A stretch of 64,000 bases of DNA, from NCBI GenBank assembly GCA_965240465.1, contig OZ251219.1, positions 1,120,001-1,184,000 of the forward strand, given 5' to 3'. The stretch's first letter is position 1, and every line of letters starts with the position of its first letter. This DNA comes from a bacterium (lineage in GTDB: Bacteria; SAR324; JACQKK01). Below are positions 19,123 through 29,032 of the stretch, piece after piece. Both the position numbers and the translations under genes were made by a program. The notes under the pieces are model-generated. The model made no database searches, had not been told where the DNA came from, and saw only the letters and a list, made by a program, of their open reading frames with translations.

Positions 19123-20244
19123 TCAGCTCTCTGTTGGTTCTTGTGCCGAGACGGGGGGGATAAGAGCGGTTTTCTTACTTTTGGTCGTTAATTCAGACGG
19201 TGGTTTTTGTTTAAGCAGACGTTCAGTGAATTGCCTAACTACGGGTTGTAGACCCGCTAGCTGATGGTTCATGGTCTGGCTTTGAGTGGATAAATTATTG
19301 ACTAGCGGTTTGAGTTCATTGACCCAAGCTTGAGAAAGCTGAGTAAGCTGGTTGAGGTGGGCTTTATAATTTTCATCGGGAGCAATGCTGTCAGCCACTT
19401 GCAAATGAGGGAGGATATGCTCTAGGCAGTATTCTTCCAGAGCGATCAGCAGTTCTTCTTCGTTTTTTTGTAGAAAGGAGGAGAGCATCATAACAGGAAC
19501 TACCAATATCAAGGCTAGGAAGGTGGTATTAAAGGCGACTGCCAATCCGCTGGTGACGCCTGCCAGGGCCCCACGGATTTCATCACCGATGGCGGCATTA
19601 CTGCTGGTGTTCTCAATGAAGGAGGCAAATTCACCTACCGCATCTCCAATGCCCAGTACCGTGCCAATGAATCCCAAGATGGGAATAGCCCAAATGAATA
19701 CTCGCAAGGGGGTGTAGCTGGCTTCTAGTTTTTTCAGGTCTAGTTCAGATTGGGAATCCAGAAAGGAGGTAAGGCTCTCTTTGTTGTGAACAGATGGTTG
19801 ATGCCTCAGCAGTCTTTGTATTCTAAGCCAAGCAGTGGATATCAATAGTCCTGAGGTCTTTTTGAGGGGCAGATTTTGTAATTGCAGCAGGGTATCTTTT
19901 ACTTGCCAAGGCTGAACGCCATTACTAAAAACGTTTTTGGCTTCCGTAGAACTCAGATGTTTTTGCAGGCGGAGTTCCCTACGGAATCTTTTGTACCTGA
20001 GTCCCAGCAAAAAGAAGGAACAGAAGGTGAACCCTATAATTATCTCCGATATGCTGTTATCAAACAGTGCTAGCAGGCTATCTTTTTCCAGCAGTGGTAG
20101 GGGAAAAACCTCGTAGAAGATGGCAGTAGAAAGAATGGCTAAAAAGGCAGAAATAAGCAAATCGGCAGCCCCTTTAGGGGACGTAGAGCTGCGAAGTTCG
20201 CGGTCGTTTTTGTTAGCGGAAGTTATTGTTTGAGGCATTATCAA
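19123..20244 (-). CDS. MotA/TolQ/ExbB proton-channel family protein
   Basis: WAIPILGFIGTVLGI and GLAVAFNTTFLAL TM hairpin signature. Confidence 0.88.
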   Translation of the reverse strand: MIMPQTITSANKNDRELRSSTSPKGAADLLISAFLAILSTAIFYEVFPLPLLEKDSLLALFDNSISEIIIGFTFCSFFLLGLRYKRFRRELRLQKHLSSTEAKNVFSNGVQPWQVKDTLLQLQNLPLKKTSGLLISTAWLRIQRLLRHQPSVHNKESLTSFLDSQSELDLKKLEASYTPLRVFIWAIPILGFIGTVLGIGDAVGEFASFIENTSSNAAIGDEIRGALAGVTSGLAVAFNTTFLALILVVPVMMLSSFLQKNEEELLIALEEYCLEHILPHLQVADSIAPDENYKAHLNQLTQLSQAWVNELKPLVNNLSTQSQTMNHQLAGLQPVVRQFTERLLKQKPPSELTTKSKKTALIPPVSAQEPTES

Positions 20245-20442
20245 AAATGTTAGGTTAATTGATTGATCATCACGCCAAGAGCATCAGCAATACAAAGGAC
20301 ACCTTCAGCTTAGCATGATAGTTTGTCTCAGGTGAATAGGCTAAGCAAAGATCTACTTCCATTTACAATTATGATTTGGAAAACTTTTTAGAGGTGTGCT
20401 GAGGAGCTAAACCATTTGCCGAATAAAAAAGGGCTAACTATT

Positions 20443-20724
20443 TTATTCAACGGCTGTTTGGGGTTGAATTAACTCCGTGATCTCCACGGCGATCCGTCCT
20501 CCACGATTTATGGCTCGTCCTTTGCCGATGTGTTGCTCATTGGCATAGATGTCCAAAGGGGTGCCGATTTTTTTATCCAGCAGCACCATTGTGCCTGCTT
20601 GCCAGCTAGTGATTTCAGTAAGGGTGTAGCGTTTTGAGCCGAGTTCTACACGCAGTTCTACTTCAACGCCGCGGTTTTGGTCTGCGGTAGAGAATCGGAG
20701 AGGAGCATCAGTTGCGGATGACAT
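20443..20724 (-). CDS. FliN/FliM C-terminal (SpoA) domain protein
   Basis: VELRVELG...L.EI..W..G..V.LDK..G.PLDIYAN...IGKG......GRIAVEITE. Confidence 0.8.
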   Translation of the reverse strand: MSSATDAPLRFSTADQNRGVEVELRVELGSKRYTLTEITSWQAGTMVLLDKKIGTPLDIYANEQHIGKGRAINRGGRIAVEITELIQPQTAVE

Positions 20725-20823
20725 TGTGGTGATTGGGTGGGGTGTTGATAATTATAATTCATTCATGCCCGTATTTATAGCATAATGTAACGGTTTGTTG
20801 TTTATCGGAGAAATAGAATAGCG

Positions 20824-21951
20824 ATGCATATTAAAAGTACCAGAATAAAGAACTATACCTTGCATCTTAATTGTTCAGTTTCTGTCTTGCCTGGAGGTGG
20901 TAGGATACGCTTACGCGAGGGACTGGAATTGATACTTCAGGATGGTCAACAAATACACGGCTATGGCGAGGCAGCTCCATTGGAAGGCCATGGAGTTGAG
21001 ACATTGAATCAGGCCTTAAATACCTTAAAGACAGAAACTAAATTTACATTAGGGCGGAGTTTTAGTGACATCCAGCCATCACGAGGATATTTGCTAAAAG
21101 AGGATAAGAATTGGAGTTCTTGGCTGAGTGGGTTTCATAATTGTCCTTGTGCTCGTTTTGCGATGGAGACGGCTTTATTGGATTTATTTTCTAGTCGGTC
21201 GGGATTGCCTTTATCAAAGATGCTGTATTCGCGTTCTGTTTCTGTGGTATCGGTGGGGGTATTATTGGGGAGTGAAGATATTTCATCTTTAGCGAATGAA
21301 GCCAAGCAGAGGGTTGAAGAAGGTTTTTGTTGCTTGAAGGTTAAGTTGTCACCTAGTTTAAGCAGGGCTGAGCAGCAATTGAGTTGTATTCGCAAGGCGA
21401 TTGGCAGTTCTGCCAGTTTGAGGGTAGATGTACAAGGAAGATGGAATGAGGACGAGGTACTAGGAAATATAGAGAAATTAGCTCAATTTGGTTTAGAGAT
21501 GGTGGAGCAACCAGTTGGTATTCAGGGATTTTTAAGGCATCCTGAATGGCGTTCTCAGAGTGCGGTACCGCTGGGGTGGGATTATAGTAGTACTTCAGCA
21601 ATTGATCTGGACAGACTGTTGGGAGAGAGAATGATAGATATATTGGTACTGAAGCCGCATTTTGTTGGTGGGGTGCTGCGTTCATTGTCTTTGGTGGAGA
21701 AGGCTATTAAGGCGGGCATTTCTGTGGTGGTGACTACGGCGATGGAGGGTGTAGTAGGACGAATGGCGGCCTTACACATGGCATGTGTAGTAGATTCTTT
21801 ATGTCAACAGGCTAAGCTTCCTATTTATGCACATGGCTTGGGGACGGGGGCACTGATGCGGGAAGACCTTATGCCAGACCCTTGCCCGCCTAAAGATGGA
21901 CAAATAGAAATTTCCCAGCGGATGGGGCTGGGCTTGAAAAATAAGGCTTAG
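20824..21951 (+). CDS. menC: o-succinylbenzoate synthase-like enolase-superfamily enzyme
   Basis: GYGEAAPL, KVK catalytic Lys, metal ligands RVD/EQP/WD, VLKP..GG, AHGLGT. Confidence 0.72.
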   Translation: MHIKSTRIKNYTLHLNCSVSVLPGGGRIRLREGLELILQDGQQIHGYGEAAPLEGHGVETLNQALNTLKTETKFTLGRSFSDIQPSRGYLLKEDKNWSSWLSGFHNCPCARFAMETALLDLFSSRSGLPLSKMLYSRSVSVVSVGVLLGSEDISSLANEAKQRVEEGFCCLKVKLSPSLSRAEQQLSCIRKAIGSSASLRVDVQGRWNEDEVLGNIEKLAQFGLEMVEQPVGIQGFLRHPEWRSQSAVPLGWDYSSTSAIDLDRLLGERMIDILVLKPHFVGGVLRSLSLVEKAIKAGISVVVTTAMEGVVGRMAALHMACVVDSLCQQAKLPIYAHGLGTGALMREDLMPDPCPPKDGQIEISQRMGLGLKNKA

Positions 21952-21976
21952 TACGGGCTTTTAAGGTTGGCATTTA

Positions 21977-23431
21977 TTGAAAATGTTTCACGAACCTAAA
22001 TCACTGAGCTGGTTATGCGAGCAAGGGGTGGAAATTCCACTTCCACAGCAAGTGTGGATTGAAAAAAGCGTTCCTTTGGAGGCAATCTCACCTGGGGCTT
22101 GCTTGATGCCCGGTACTAGCATTAGTGGTGAGAAATCACGCTTGGAACGCGGCTGTGTGGTGAGTGAAGCTGCGGGGGTGTCGGTTATTAATACTCACGT
22201 GGGTGAGGGTAGTCGCTTGGGAGTGTTGGGCCCTTTGGTTTTGCGAGATAGCTGTGTGGGACCAAATTGTGTGCTGGGTTCAGGGAGCGCGGAGCAGTCG
22301 GTTTTTTTGGGTGGAGATGCTGGTGAACATAGCGTGACGGGTCTGGGGTTCTCAGCCCGCCAAGGTACGCTGTTGGAAGAAAATGCACGGGTAGGTCAGC
22401 ACAGCGATACCAAAATGAGCATTCTGTTCCCTTGGGTTACTTTAGGGAGTCAAGTCAATTGGTGCGATGTTTTACTCAGTGGCGGCACGGGAAGTCAGAA
22501 TGGGGCTTTTACCGAGGTGGGTAGTGGCACAATACATTTTAATTATACCCCCCGCGGCGATAAAGCTACCGCCTCCTGCTTGGGAAATGTAACAAAAGGA
22601 GTCTTCCTGAGAAGTGAGCGTATTTTTATCGGGGGCAATAACAGCTTGATTGGCCCACTTACAGCCGATTTTGGTGCCATCACCCCGGCAGGAGGAATTC
22701 ACAAAATGCACTTGGCAGGAGAACTCAATTTCCCATGCCAACCCCCTCAAACCCCCCATGCTCTTCAAACCCCCCATGCTCTTCAAACCCCCCATGCCCC
22801 TCAAACCCCCCATGCTCTTCAAACCCCCCATGCTCTTCAAACCCCCCATGCTCTTCAAACCCCCCATGCTCTTCAAACCCCCCATGCCCCCCAATCCATC
22901 GTGCAGACAAAACCATTTGATGTTAATAATTATCGCTATATTCAAAGAATTTATCAGTCTCAAATGCACTTTGTGGCTGAACTATGTGCGTTGGAAGTTT
23001 GGTATCGGCAGGTGCGTCAGTATTTGGCAGCTTCTCACGCGGGGAAATTATTTTTGTATCGGCAAGGAGCAGAAGTTTTGAAACTCAATCTGGAATTCAG
23101 ATTGAAAGAACTCACCAATTTGGCAGTGAATATGCAGAATTCACTGGCAGCTTCATCCTCACAGGATGACAGGGTTCGCTTGCAACAGCAGTCGCTGCTG
23201 AAACACTGGCATGCAATTATGAAGCATGTCCACACGATACGACAACAGCCATGGAACGCTCCCTTATCGCTTATAAAAGCCTTAGACAAAGCCGCAGCCC
23301 AATACGACTGCTATACAGGTGTGATAAAATCCTTGCCCGAAGTAGCAGTTCAAGCAGGGATAGCTTGGCTGATTGAAATTACCCAAGCGATTTTTCCTCC
23401 AGAATTTCAGCAGCTAGATAAGATTGTTTGA
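21977..23431 (+). CDS. GlmU-related left-handed beta-helix protein with an internal QTPHAL repeat insertion
   Basis: Hexapeptide-like region plus ILFPWVTLGS.VN.CD and EVGSG.IHFNYTP.GDKATAS. Confidence 0.65.
   Translation: MKMFHEPKSLSWLCEQGVEIPLPQQVWIEKSVPLEAISPGACLMPGTSISGEKSRLERGCVVSEAAGVSVINTHVGEGSRLGVLGPLVLRDSCVGPNCVLGSGSAEQSVFLGGDAGEHSVTGLGFSARQGTLLEENARVGQHSDTKMSILFPWVTLGSQVNWCDVLLSGGTGSQNGAFTEVGSGTIHFNYTPRGDKATASCLGNVTKGVFLRSERIFIGGNNSLIGPLTADFGAITPAGGIHKMHLAGELNFPCQPPQTPHALQTPHALQTPHAPQTPHALQTPHALQTPHALQTPHALQTPHAPQSIVQTKPFDVNNYRYIQRIYQSQMHFVAELCALEVWYRQVRQYLAASHAGKLFLYRQGAEVLKLNLEFRLKELTNLAVNMQNSLAASSSQDDRVRLQQQSLLKHWHAIMKHVHTIRQQPWNAPLSLIKALDKAAAQYDCYTGVIKSLPEVAVQAGIAWLIEITQAIFPPEFQQLDKIV
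22748..22891. repeat. Intragenic tandem repeat, 18-bp unit CAAACCCCCCATGCTCTT, 8 copies (QTPHAL/QTPHAP)
   Basis: Read directly. In frame. Confidence 0.98.
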
Positions 23432-23533
23432 TGGAGATAAGAAAGATTATTCCCCAGCAAGAAGGATTTAATCATTGATTAGATAGGGTACATTATTAAT
23501 ACTGAAGATAGAACCAAGAGCGAGCGTCATAGG

Positions 23534-26284
23534 ATGAGTCCAAGAATTAAAGCTACCAAAAGTGGTGCGGGTGATCCGTTTGGATCCTTAAGCAGGCTAA
23601 AGGTCGCCACGGACGATGCTTATTATTATGATTTGGGGGCTTTGGAGCGGGAGGGATTATGTAGCTTAGGGCGGCTACCTTATAGCATTCGGATTTTGTT
23701 GGAGTCAGTATTGCGTCATGCGGGGCGAGGCTTGGTAAGCGAGCAGGATGTGGTTTCATTGGCTGGTTGGTTGCCAGACAAATTACCTCAGGGTGAAATT
23801 CCTTTTATGCCCGTTAGGGTGTTAATGCAGGATTTCACTGGAGTTCCAGCCATGGTGGATTTGGCTAGCATGCGTTCGGCAATGAAGCGTTTTGGTGGTG
23901 ATGCTACTCGCATCAACCCCTTAATTCAGGCTCAGTTGGTGATAGACCATTCCGTGCAAGTGGATGTAGCTGGGAGTTCAGCTGCATTGTTATTTAATGA
24001 GAATCGTGAGTTTGAACGCAATAGGGAGCGGTATTCATTTTTGAAATGGGGTCAGCAGGCATTTGATAATTTTATGGTGGTGCCTCCTTCTACGGGTATT
24101 GTGCATCAGGTTAATTTGGAGTATTTGGCTCAGGTAGTTTGTTTGAGTGATAATTCGGCACATGGAGCTAATGGGAGTGCGTTGGTATTTCCGGACACGG
24201 TATTAGGGATGGATTCTCACACTACCATGGTGAATGGTTTGGGGGTGTTGGGTTGGGGAGTGGGCGGGATTGAGGCAGAAGCAGCTATTTTAGGTCAGCC
24301 TTATTATATGCAACCTTCTGAGGTGGTGGGGGTAAAGTTAGAGGGCGAATTGCAAGCAGGTGTGCTGGCTACAGATTTAGTTTTACGAGTAACTGAGCTG
24401 CTACGGGAGTTGGGTGTAGTGGGTAAATTAGTGGAATTTATGGGTTCGGGCTTAGCCCATTTGAGCTTGCCCGACCGTGCTACGCTAGCCAATATGGCTC
24501 CTGAGTACGGAGCGACAACGGGTTTTTTCCCTGTTGATGAACGGACATTGACATACCTACGCATGACGGGACGCTCTGAGAGTCAGGTAAATCTGGTGGA
24601 ACGTTATTGCAAGCAGCAGCAGTTATTTGCCTCTGTTGAGCAAGAACCGCGGTATAGCGTGTTACTATCTTTGGATATGAGTACGGTAGAGCCATGCTTG
24701 GCAGGTCCCAAGCGACCACAAGATCGCGTTTTATTACGGAACATGAAAGATAAATTCCGTCATGATTTAACAGCTCCCATTGGTAAGCGAGGCTTCGGGC
24801 TAAAAGAAGCAGAACTGAAGAAACAATCCGAAGCCCAGCTGAAGGGGAAATCTTGTACCTTAAAGCATGGTTCGGTGATGATAGCAGCGATTACTAGCTG
24901 TACTAATACTTCTAATCCCACAGTACTTTTTACAGCCGCCTTGCTGGCTAAAAAAGCCTGTGCTTATGGATTGCGTGTACCGACTTATGTTAAAACCAGC
25001 TTGGCACCAGGTTCCCGAGTGGTTACCGACTACTTAGCCAAGGCTGGTTTGACTGCCGATTTAGAAGCACTAGGATTCTACACGGTAGGATATGGATGTA
25101 CTACTTGCATCGGGAATAGCGGTCCCTTGGAGGATTCACTGGTAGCTGCCATTGATGCTCAGCAGTTGGTGACCGCGGCGGTGCTTAGTGGCAATCGCAA
25201 TTTTGAGGGGCGAGTTAATCCTCATACTCAGGCGAATTATTTGGCATCGCCGCCGTTGGTGGTGGCTTATGCTCTGGCGGGTACGGTGGACATCAACTTG
25301 ACTTTTGAAGCCATTGGTTATGGTGAAAATGGAAAACCCGTTTTCCTCCGTGATATTTGGCCGACCACCCAAGAAGTACAAGCAATGGAGCAAAAATATG
25401 TCACTCCAGCTAATTTCATTCAGCGCTATGCGACGGTAGAAGATGGCAATGCTCGCTGGAACAAGGAGCAGGTCTCTGGCAGCCAGCTTTATGACTGGGA
25501 TCCGCAATCAACTTACATCCAAGAGTCCCCCTTCTTTGAGGATTTTTCGCATAAATTACCTCCCTTGCCAGACCTAAACGGCTTGCGGGTGTTGGCATTG
25601 CTAGGGGATTCCATCACTACCGACCACATTTCCCCCGCAGGAACGATCCACCCCGATAGTCAGGCAGGCAGTTATTTGAGATCACTGAATGTTTCTCCTA
25701 CGGATTTTAATTCATTTGGTTCTAGGCGTGGCAATGACCGCGTCATGGTGCGGGGGACTTTAGGCAATATACGATTAAAGAATTTGTTGGTCTCTCCCAT
25801 AGAAGGTAGCGTAACCTGCCACTTTCCCAGTAATGAGCAAATGAGCATCTATGAAGCTACTGAGCTTTATCGTCAAGAAGGTAGGGGCTTGCTGGTGATA
25901 GGCGGTAAGGAGTACGGTTCGGGTAGTTCCCGTGACTGGGCTGCTAAGGGCGTAAGATTGCTGGGCGTAAGAGTGGTGCTGGTAGAATCGATTGAGCGTA
26001 TACATCGTAGCAATTTAGTAGGTATGTGTGTGCTGCCATTGGAGTTTATGGCTGGGGAGAATGCAGAAATCCTCAAATTAACTGGGGAGGAAGTTTATCA
26101 TTTTGAGGGGAACCTAGGGTTGCCTTCCCAAGTAATTAAAGTACGCGCCCAGAGAGCTAATGGAGAGGAAATTATTTTTAAGGCGAAGTCCAGACTAGAT
26201 AATCAAGTAGAGGTTGGTTACTACCAAAATGGTGGGGTGTTACAGACTGTGATGCGTAAGATGTTGGCCGACAAGGTTGTATAA
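23534..26284 (+). CDS. acnA: Aconitate hydratase A
   Basis: QDFTGVP, DHSVQVD, DSHTT, AAITSCTNTSNP, GYGCTTCIGNSG, GSSRDWAAKG. Confidence 0.98.
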   Translation: MSPRIKATKSGAGDPFGSLSRLKVATDDAYYYDLGALEREGLCSLGRLPYSIRILLESVLRHAGRGLVSEQDVVSLAGWLPDKLPQGEIPFMPVRVLMQDFTGVPAMVDLASMRSAMKRFGGDATRINPLIQAQLVIDHSVQVDVAGSSAALLFNENREFERNRERYSFLKWGQQAFDNFMVVPPSTGIVHQVNLEYLAQVVCLSDNSAHGANGSALVFPDTVLGMDSHTTMVNGLGVLGWGVGGIEAEAAILGQPYYMQPSEVVGVKLEGELQAGVLATDLVLRVTELLRELGVVGKLVEFMGSGLAHLSLPDRATLANMAPEYGATTGFFPVDERTLTYLRMTGRSESQVNLVERYCKQQQLFASVEQEPRYSVLLSLDMSTVEPCLAGPKRPQDRVLLRNMKDKFRHDLTAPIGKRGFGLKEAELKKQSEAQLKGKSCTLKHGSVMIAAITSCTNTSNPTVLFTAALLAKKACAYGLRVPTYVKTSLAPGSRVVTDYLAKAGLTADLEALGFYTVGYGCTTCIGNSGPLEDSLVAAIDAQQLVTAAVLSGNRNFEGRVNPHTQANYLASPPLVVAYALAGTVDINLTFEAIGYGENGKPVFLRDIWPTTQEVQAMEQKYVTPANFIQRYATVEDGNARWNKEQVSGSQLYDWDPQSTYIQESPFFEDFSHKLPPLPDLNGLRVLALLGDSITTDHISPAGTIHPDSQAGSYLRSLNVSPTDFNSFGSRRGNDRVMVRGTLGNIRLKNLLVSPIEGSVTCHFPSNEQMSIYEATELYRQEGRGLLVIGGKEYGSGSSRDWAAKGVRLLGVRVVLVESIERIHRSNLVGMCVLPLEFMAGENAEILKLTGEEVYHFEGNLGLPSQVIKVRAQRANGEEIIFKAKSRLDNQVEVGYYQNGGVLQTVMRKMLADKVV

Positions 26285-27887
26285 ATTCCTTGTTGTTACC
26301 GCGGAGATACTGGTTAATAAAATACCGCTGGAACGAAAGCCGATCATGGTCAAACAAGAACTTCAGCGTGCTCTGTTACTGAAAGATAAGCGGGTGTCCT
26401 TACCTGCTATCCAGCTTCCTGCTGATGAAATAACAGCTGAAGCAAGCTGGGAGGCTTATCTTGATTCAGGAGCAGATCTTCTAAAAGATGCCTCGGTGGC
26501 ATTTTTATTACAAGAGAGATGGTTGCCTGCTCCTTGGAGTGATAGCGATCAGCAAGCTATGCAGGAATTGTTGGAGATTCGTCGTTTGGATAATGTCTGG
26601 CAATTGCGGGGAGCTTGTGCCCCTGCTGGTTCATGGCTGATGGATCAATTGCAATTCTTACTCAGGGAGCAGCCTTCTCGGGCATTGGAGGGCGCGGCTA
26701 AGGCGGTGAAGACGGAGGTGGTATCGCCCTTAGAACCGCTGCAGTTGGCACCTTGTTCCATCTCCAAGTTATGGGGTAGGGAGCAATGGTTCACAGGGAT
26801 AGAAGCTCGTGGGGTTTCCCGAGTGGGTTTTGCAAAGAATGCGGTTGCCCTTCCGCATGCCTTGGGTTTGTTGCCTCGGTCTTTGCTAGGTAAGGATGTA
26901 AAAAGCCTTGCCCCTATATTGCTCAAGGTGTTAGAACCTCACCCCGTTGAAGGCTGGGGAGATCTGTACTTGGAGGTACATCAACAAAAATGGGAGGTTT
27001 ATTTGGTGCTGGATGTCAATCAAGAGCGGTGGCAACAAGGTAGGGGCGAGCTACTTTGTGGCATCTCTGAGGAAGCACTCCAAGCTGGCAACGAAGATGC
27101 GATCCGTCAGCAGTTTATAGAGCGTATTCAGGATTATGAGGCAATTCGCCGTACCATAGACGAGGCTTTGGAAGAAGATTTGGCTGGATCAGGAGGCATT
27201 TCTGCGGTTTCCCTTCGGGGGCGTCAGCAGGCTCAGGCTAAGCAGCCCGCAGAGTGGTTAAGGCAAGAGAAACGCATTCGTGCTACAGTTGAACAATTGT
27301 TGCAGGTACACTCTCTGCGTCGCGGCGATGTAGTCACCCTGCCTCCCAAAACCCTCCACTCGCTGAGGGGAGGTATGCGGGTATTGGAGTTTCAGACACC
27401 GACCTATGAGCGACTGATTGCTATGTCTTCCCAAAAAGTGCTTACTCAAAACCACTGGGATACCCAAGCCGCCTTGCAACTAGCCAACATGACACTTCCC
27501 GATAAGACCGTCACCAGTACGCGTTTGGGAACGGACAAACTCACCGCAGGCGACCGACTGATAAGCGATGGTAGTAAGAACACTCAGCTGGCAGATTTCC
27601 CTGAATTCAGGGTTCAGCACTTTATTTTGCCCGCGGGACAGCCAGCCAGCTTTCTTCAGCCTTCCACTTATCAGCTTTTGTTTGTTGCTCACGGACAAGG
27701 CAACATGCATGCTAAATTGCCCGCCACACATTCCACTGATAAAAATCCCTACCCCTTGGAAGCAGGACAAGCTTGGTTGCTACCCGCCCAACAACCCTCC
27801 TTCACATTTGAAGCAATATCCCCCACTCTAGAGCTGGTACTTGCTCAGCCAAAACTCGCTCCCTTAGCTTCAGTGCCGCAAATATAA
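26277..27887 (+). CDS. Hypothetical protein with type I phosphomannose-isomerase-like cupin motifs; possible start at ATG 26346
   Basis: KLWG.E.W, ILLKVL, LEVH..K.E, GDVV.LP..TLHSL, VLEFQ. Confidence 0.55.
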   Translation: MYKFLVVTAEILVNKIPLERKPIMVKQELQRALLLKDKRVSLPAIQLPADEITAEASWEAYLDSGADLLKDASVAFLLQERWLPAPWSDSDQQAMQELLEIRRLDNVWQLRGACAPAGSWLMDQLQFLLREQPSRALEGAAKAVKTEVVSPLEPLQLAPCSISKLWGREQWFTGIEARGVSRVGFAKNAVALPHALGLLPRSLLGKDVKSLAPILLKVLEPHPVEGWGDLYLEVHQQKWEVYLVLDVNQERWQQGRGELLCGISEEALQAGNEDAIRQQFIERIQDYEAIRRTIDEALEEDLAGSGGISAVSLRGRQQAQAKQPAEWLRQEKRIRATVEQLLQVHSLRRGDVVTLPPKTLHSLRGGMRVLEFQTPTYERLIAMSSQKVLTQNHWDTQAALQLANMTLPDKTVTSTRLGTDKLTAGDRLISDGSKNTQLADFPEFRVQHFILPAGQPASFLQPSTYQLLFVAHGQGNMHAKLPATHSTDKNPYPLEAGQAWLLPAQQPSFTFEAISPTLELVLAQPKLAPLASVPQI

Positions 27888-27956
27888 CAGCCGAGAGTAT
27901 AACAGCCGCAAATATAACAGCCGAGAGTATAACAGCCGCAAATATAACAGCCGAGA
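27875..27956. repeat. Tandem repeat, alternating 15-bp units GCCGCAAATATAACA / GCCGAGAGTATAACA, ~5.5 copies
   Basis: Read directly. First unit contains the stop codon (27885-27887) of the upstream gene. Confidence 0.95.
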
Positions 27957-27998
27957 ATACGAGAATATAATACTTCCCAAACTGCATACCAATATTCT

Positions 27999-28958
27999 AT
28001 GTCGCTTCCAAGTCCGCTTTCTGTTCGTTATCCTCCGCCTTTGCAGGCTGGTGACCGAGTAGCCTTGTTTGCACCTGCTTCTCACCAAGGAAAAGAGCCT
28101 CCTGAACGCATCCAGCAAGCCCTAAGCCAGCTGCGTATCTTTGGATTAGTGGTAGGGACGCCGCCAGAGTCTACTCGGTATCTTTATCTTGCGGGAACAG
28201 ACCAAGAACGGGCCGCGGATTTTCAGCGACTTTATCTACAGCCCGATATTAAAGCTCTATTTGCCACCAGAGGTGGTTGGGGTTCCGCCCGCATGCTTGA
28301 TTATCTAGACGCCACTGCCTTGCTGAAAGCACCACCTAAGCATGTCATTGGCATGAGCGACATTACTGCTCTGCTTTGCTGGCTAAGGCGATACGCAGCT
28401 CTGGCTACCCTGCATGCTCCCTGCGTTGCTACCACCCAGCTTATGGAAAGCCCTGATCGCGATGATAATCTCGCCCAGCTTAGGCAGGCACTCTTTCAGT
28501 CGCAGCCAGCCCGAACTTTGGATGCTCGGGTGCTTTATTGTCCGCCAAGTACTCCCCCGTTAATCAAGGGTGAATTGACAGGGGGCTGCCTTTCTGTGTT
28601 GGCAGCAGGGATGGGAACTCCTTGGCAGCCTCACACCAAGAAGACACTTTTATTCCTAGAAGACACAGACGAAGCTCCCTATCGTCTTGACCGCTACCTG
28701 ACTCAGCTACGCCAAGCAGGGGTTTTTGAGGACGTCAGTGCGGTCCTGCTAGGACATTTTCAAAACTGCGATACCCCCCCCCCTACTGGCTTGCTTAAGA
28801 AACTCTGGCAAGATGCCTTCCAAAATGCCCCCTTCCCGATAATCTACCAGCTTCCCGCAGGGCATGGATCAAAAAATTACGCCTTGCCTCTGGGACGTAC
28901 TGTAACAATTAAAGTGCAGACACCAAAACCCGAAGAGCATTGTACGGTTTTGTGTTAA
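27999..28958 (+). CDS. ldcA: LD-carboxypeptidase (peptidase S66)
   Basis: ATRGGWGS, GMSDIT (Ser), FLEDTDE (Glu), AGHG (His) catalytic triad. Confidence 0.92.
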   Translation: MSLPSPLSVRYPPPLQAGDRVALFAPASHQGKEPPERIQQALSQLRIFGLVVGTPPESTRYLYLAGTDQERAADFQRLYLQPDIKALFATRGGWGSARMLDYLDATALLKAPPKHVIGMSDITALLCWLRRYAALATLHAPCVATTQLMESPDRDDNLAQLRQALFQSQPARTLDARVLYCPPSTPPLIKGELTGGCLSVLAAGMGTPWQPHTKKTLLFLEDTDEAPYRLDRYLTQLRQAGVFEDVSAVLLGHFQNCDTPPPTGLLKKLWQDAFQNAPFPIIYQLPAGHGSKNYALPLGRTVTIKVQTPKPEEHCTVLC

Positions 28959-28964
28959 GTCGTT

Positions 28965-29006
28965 CTAAGTTATTCTGGCTAAGTTATTCTGGCTAAGTTA
29001 TTCTGG
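28965..29006. repeat. Tandem repeat, 14-bp unit CTAAGTTATTCTGG, 3 copies
   Basis: Read directly. Between convergent genes. Confidence 0.93.
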
Positions 29007-29032
29007 GTTGATAAGGTGGGCGATATTCATCA

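Noticed and set aside
17744-20244. Zorya (ZorAB) defence system or flagellar MotAB
   Set aside because: Neither small subunit shows an OmpA-like peptidoglycan-binding domain, and there are no zorC/D/E-like genes.
20747-20765. Possible Fur box GATAATTATAATTCATTCA
   Set aside because: Only about 12/19 match to the consensus in an AT-rich gap, and it is not next to iron genes.
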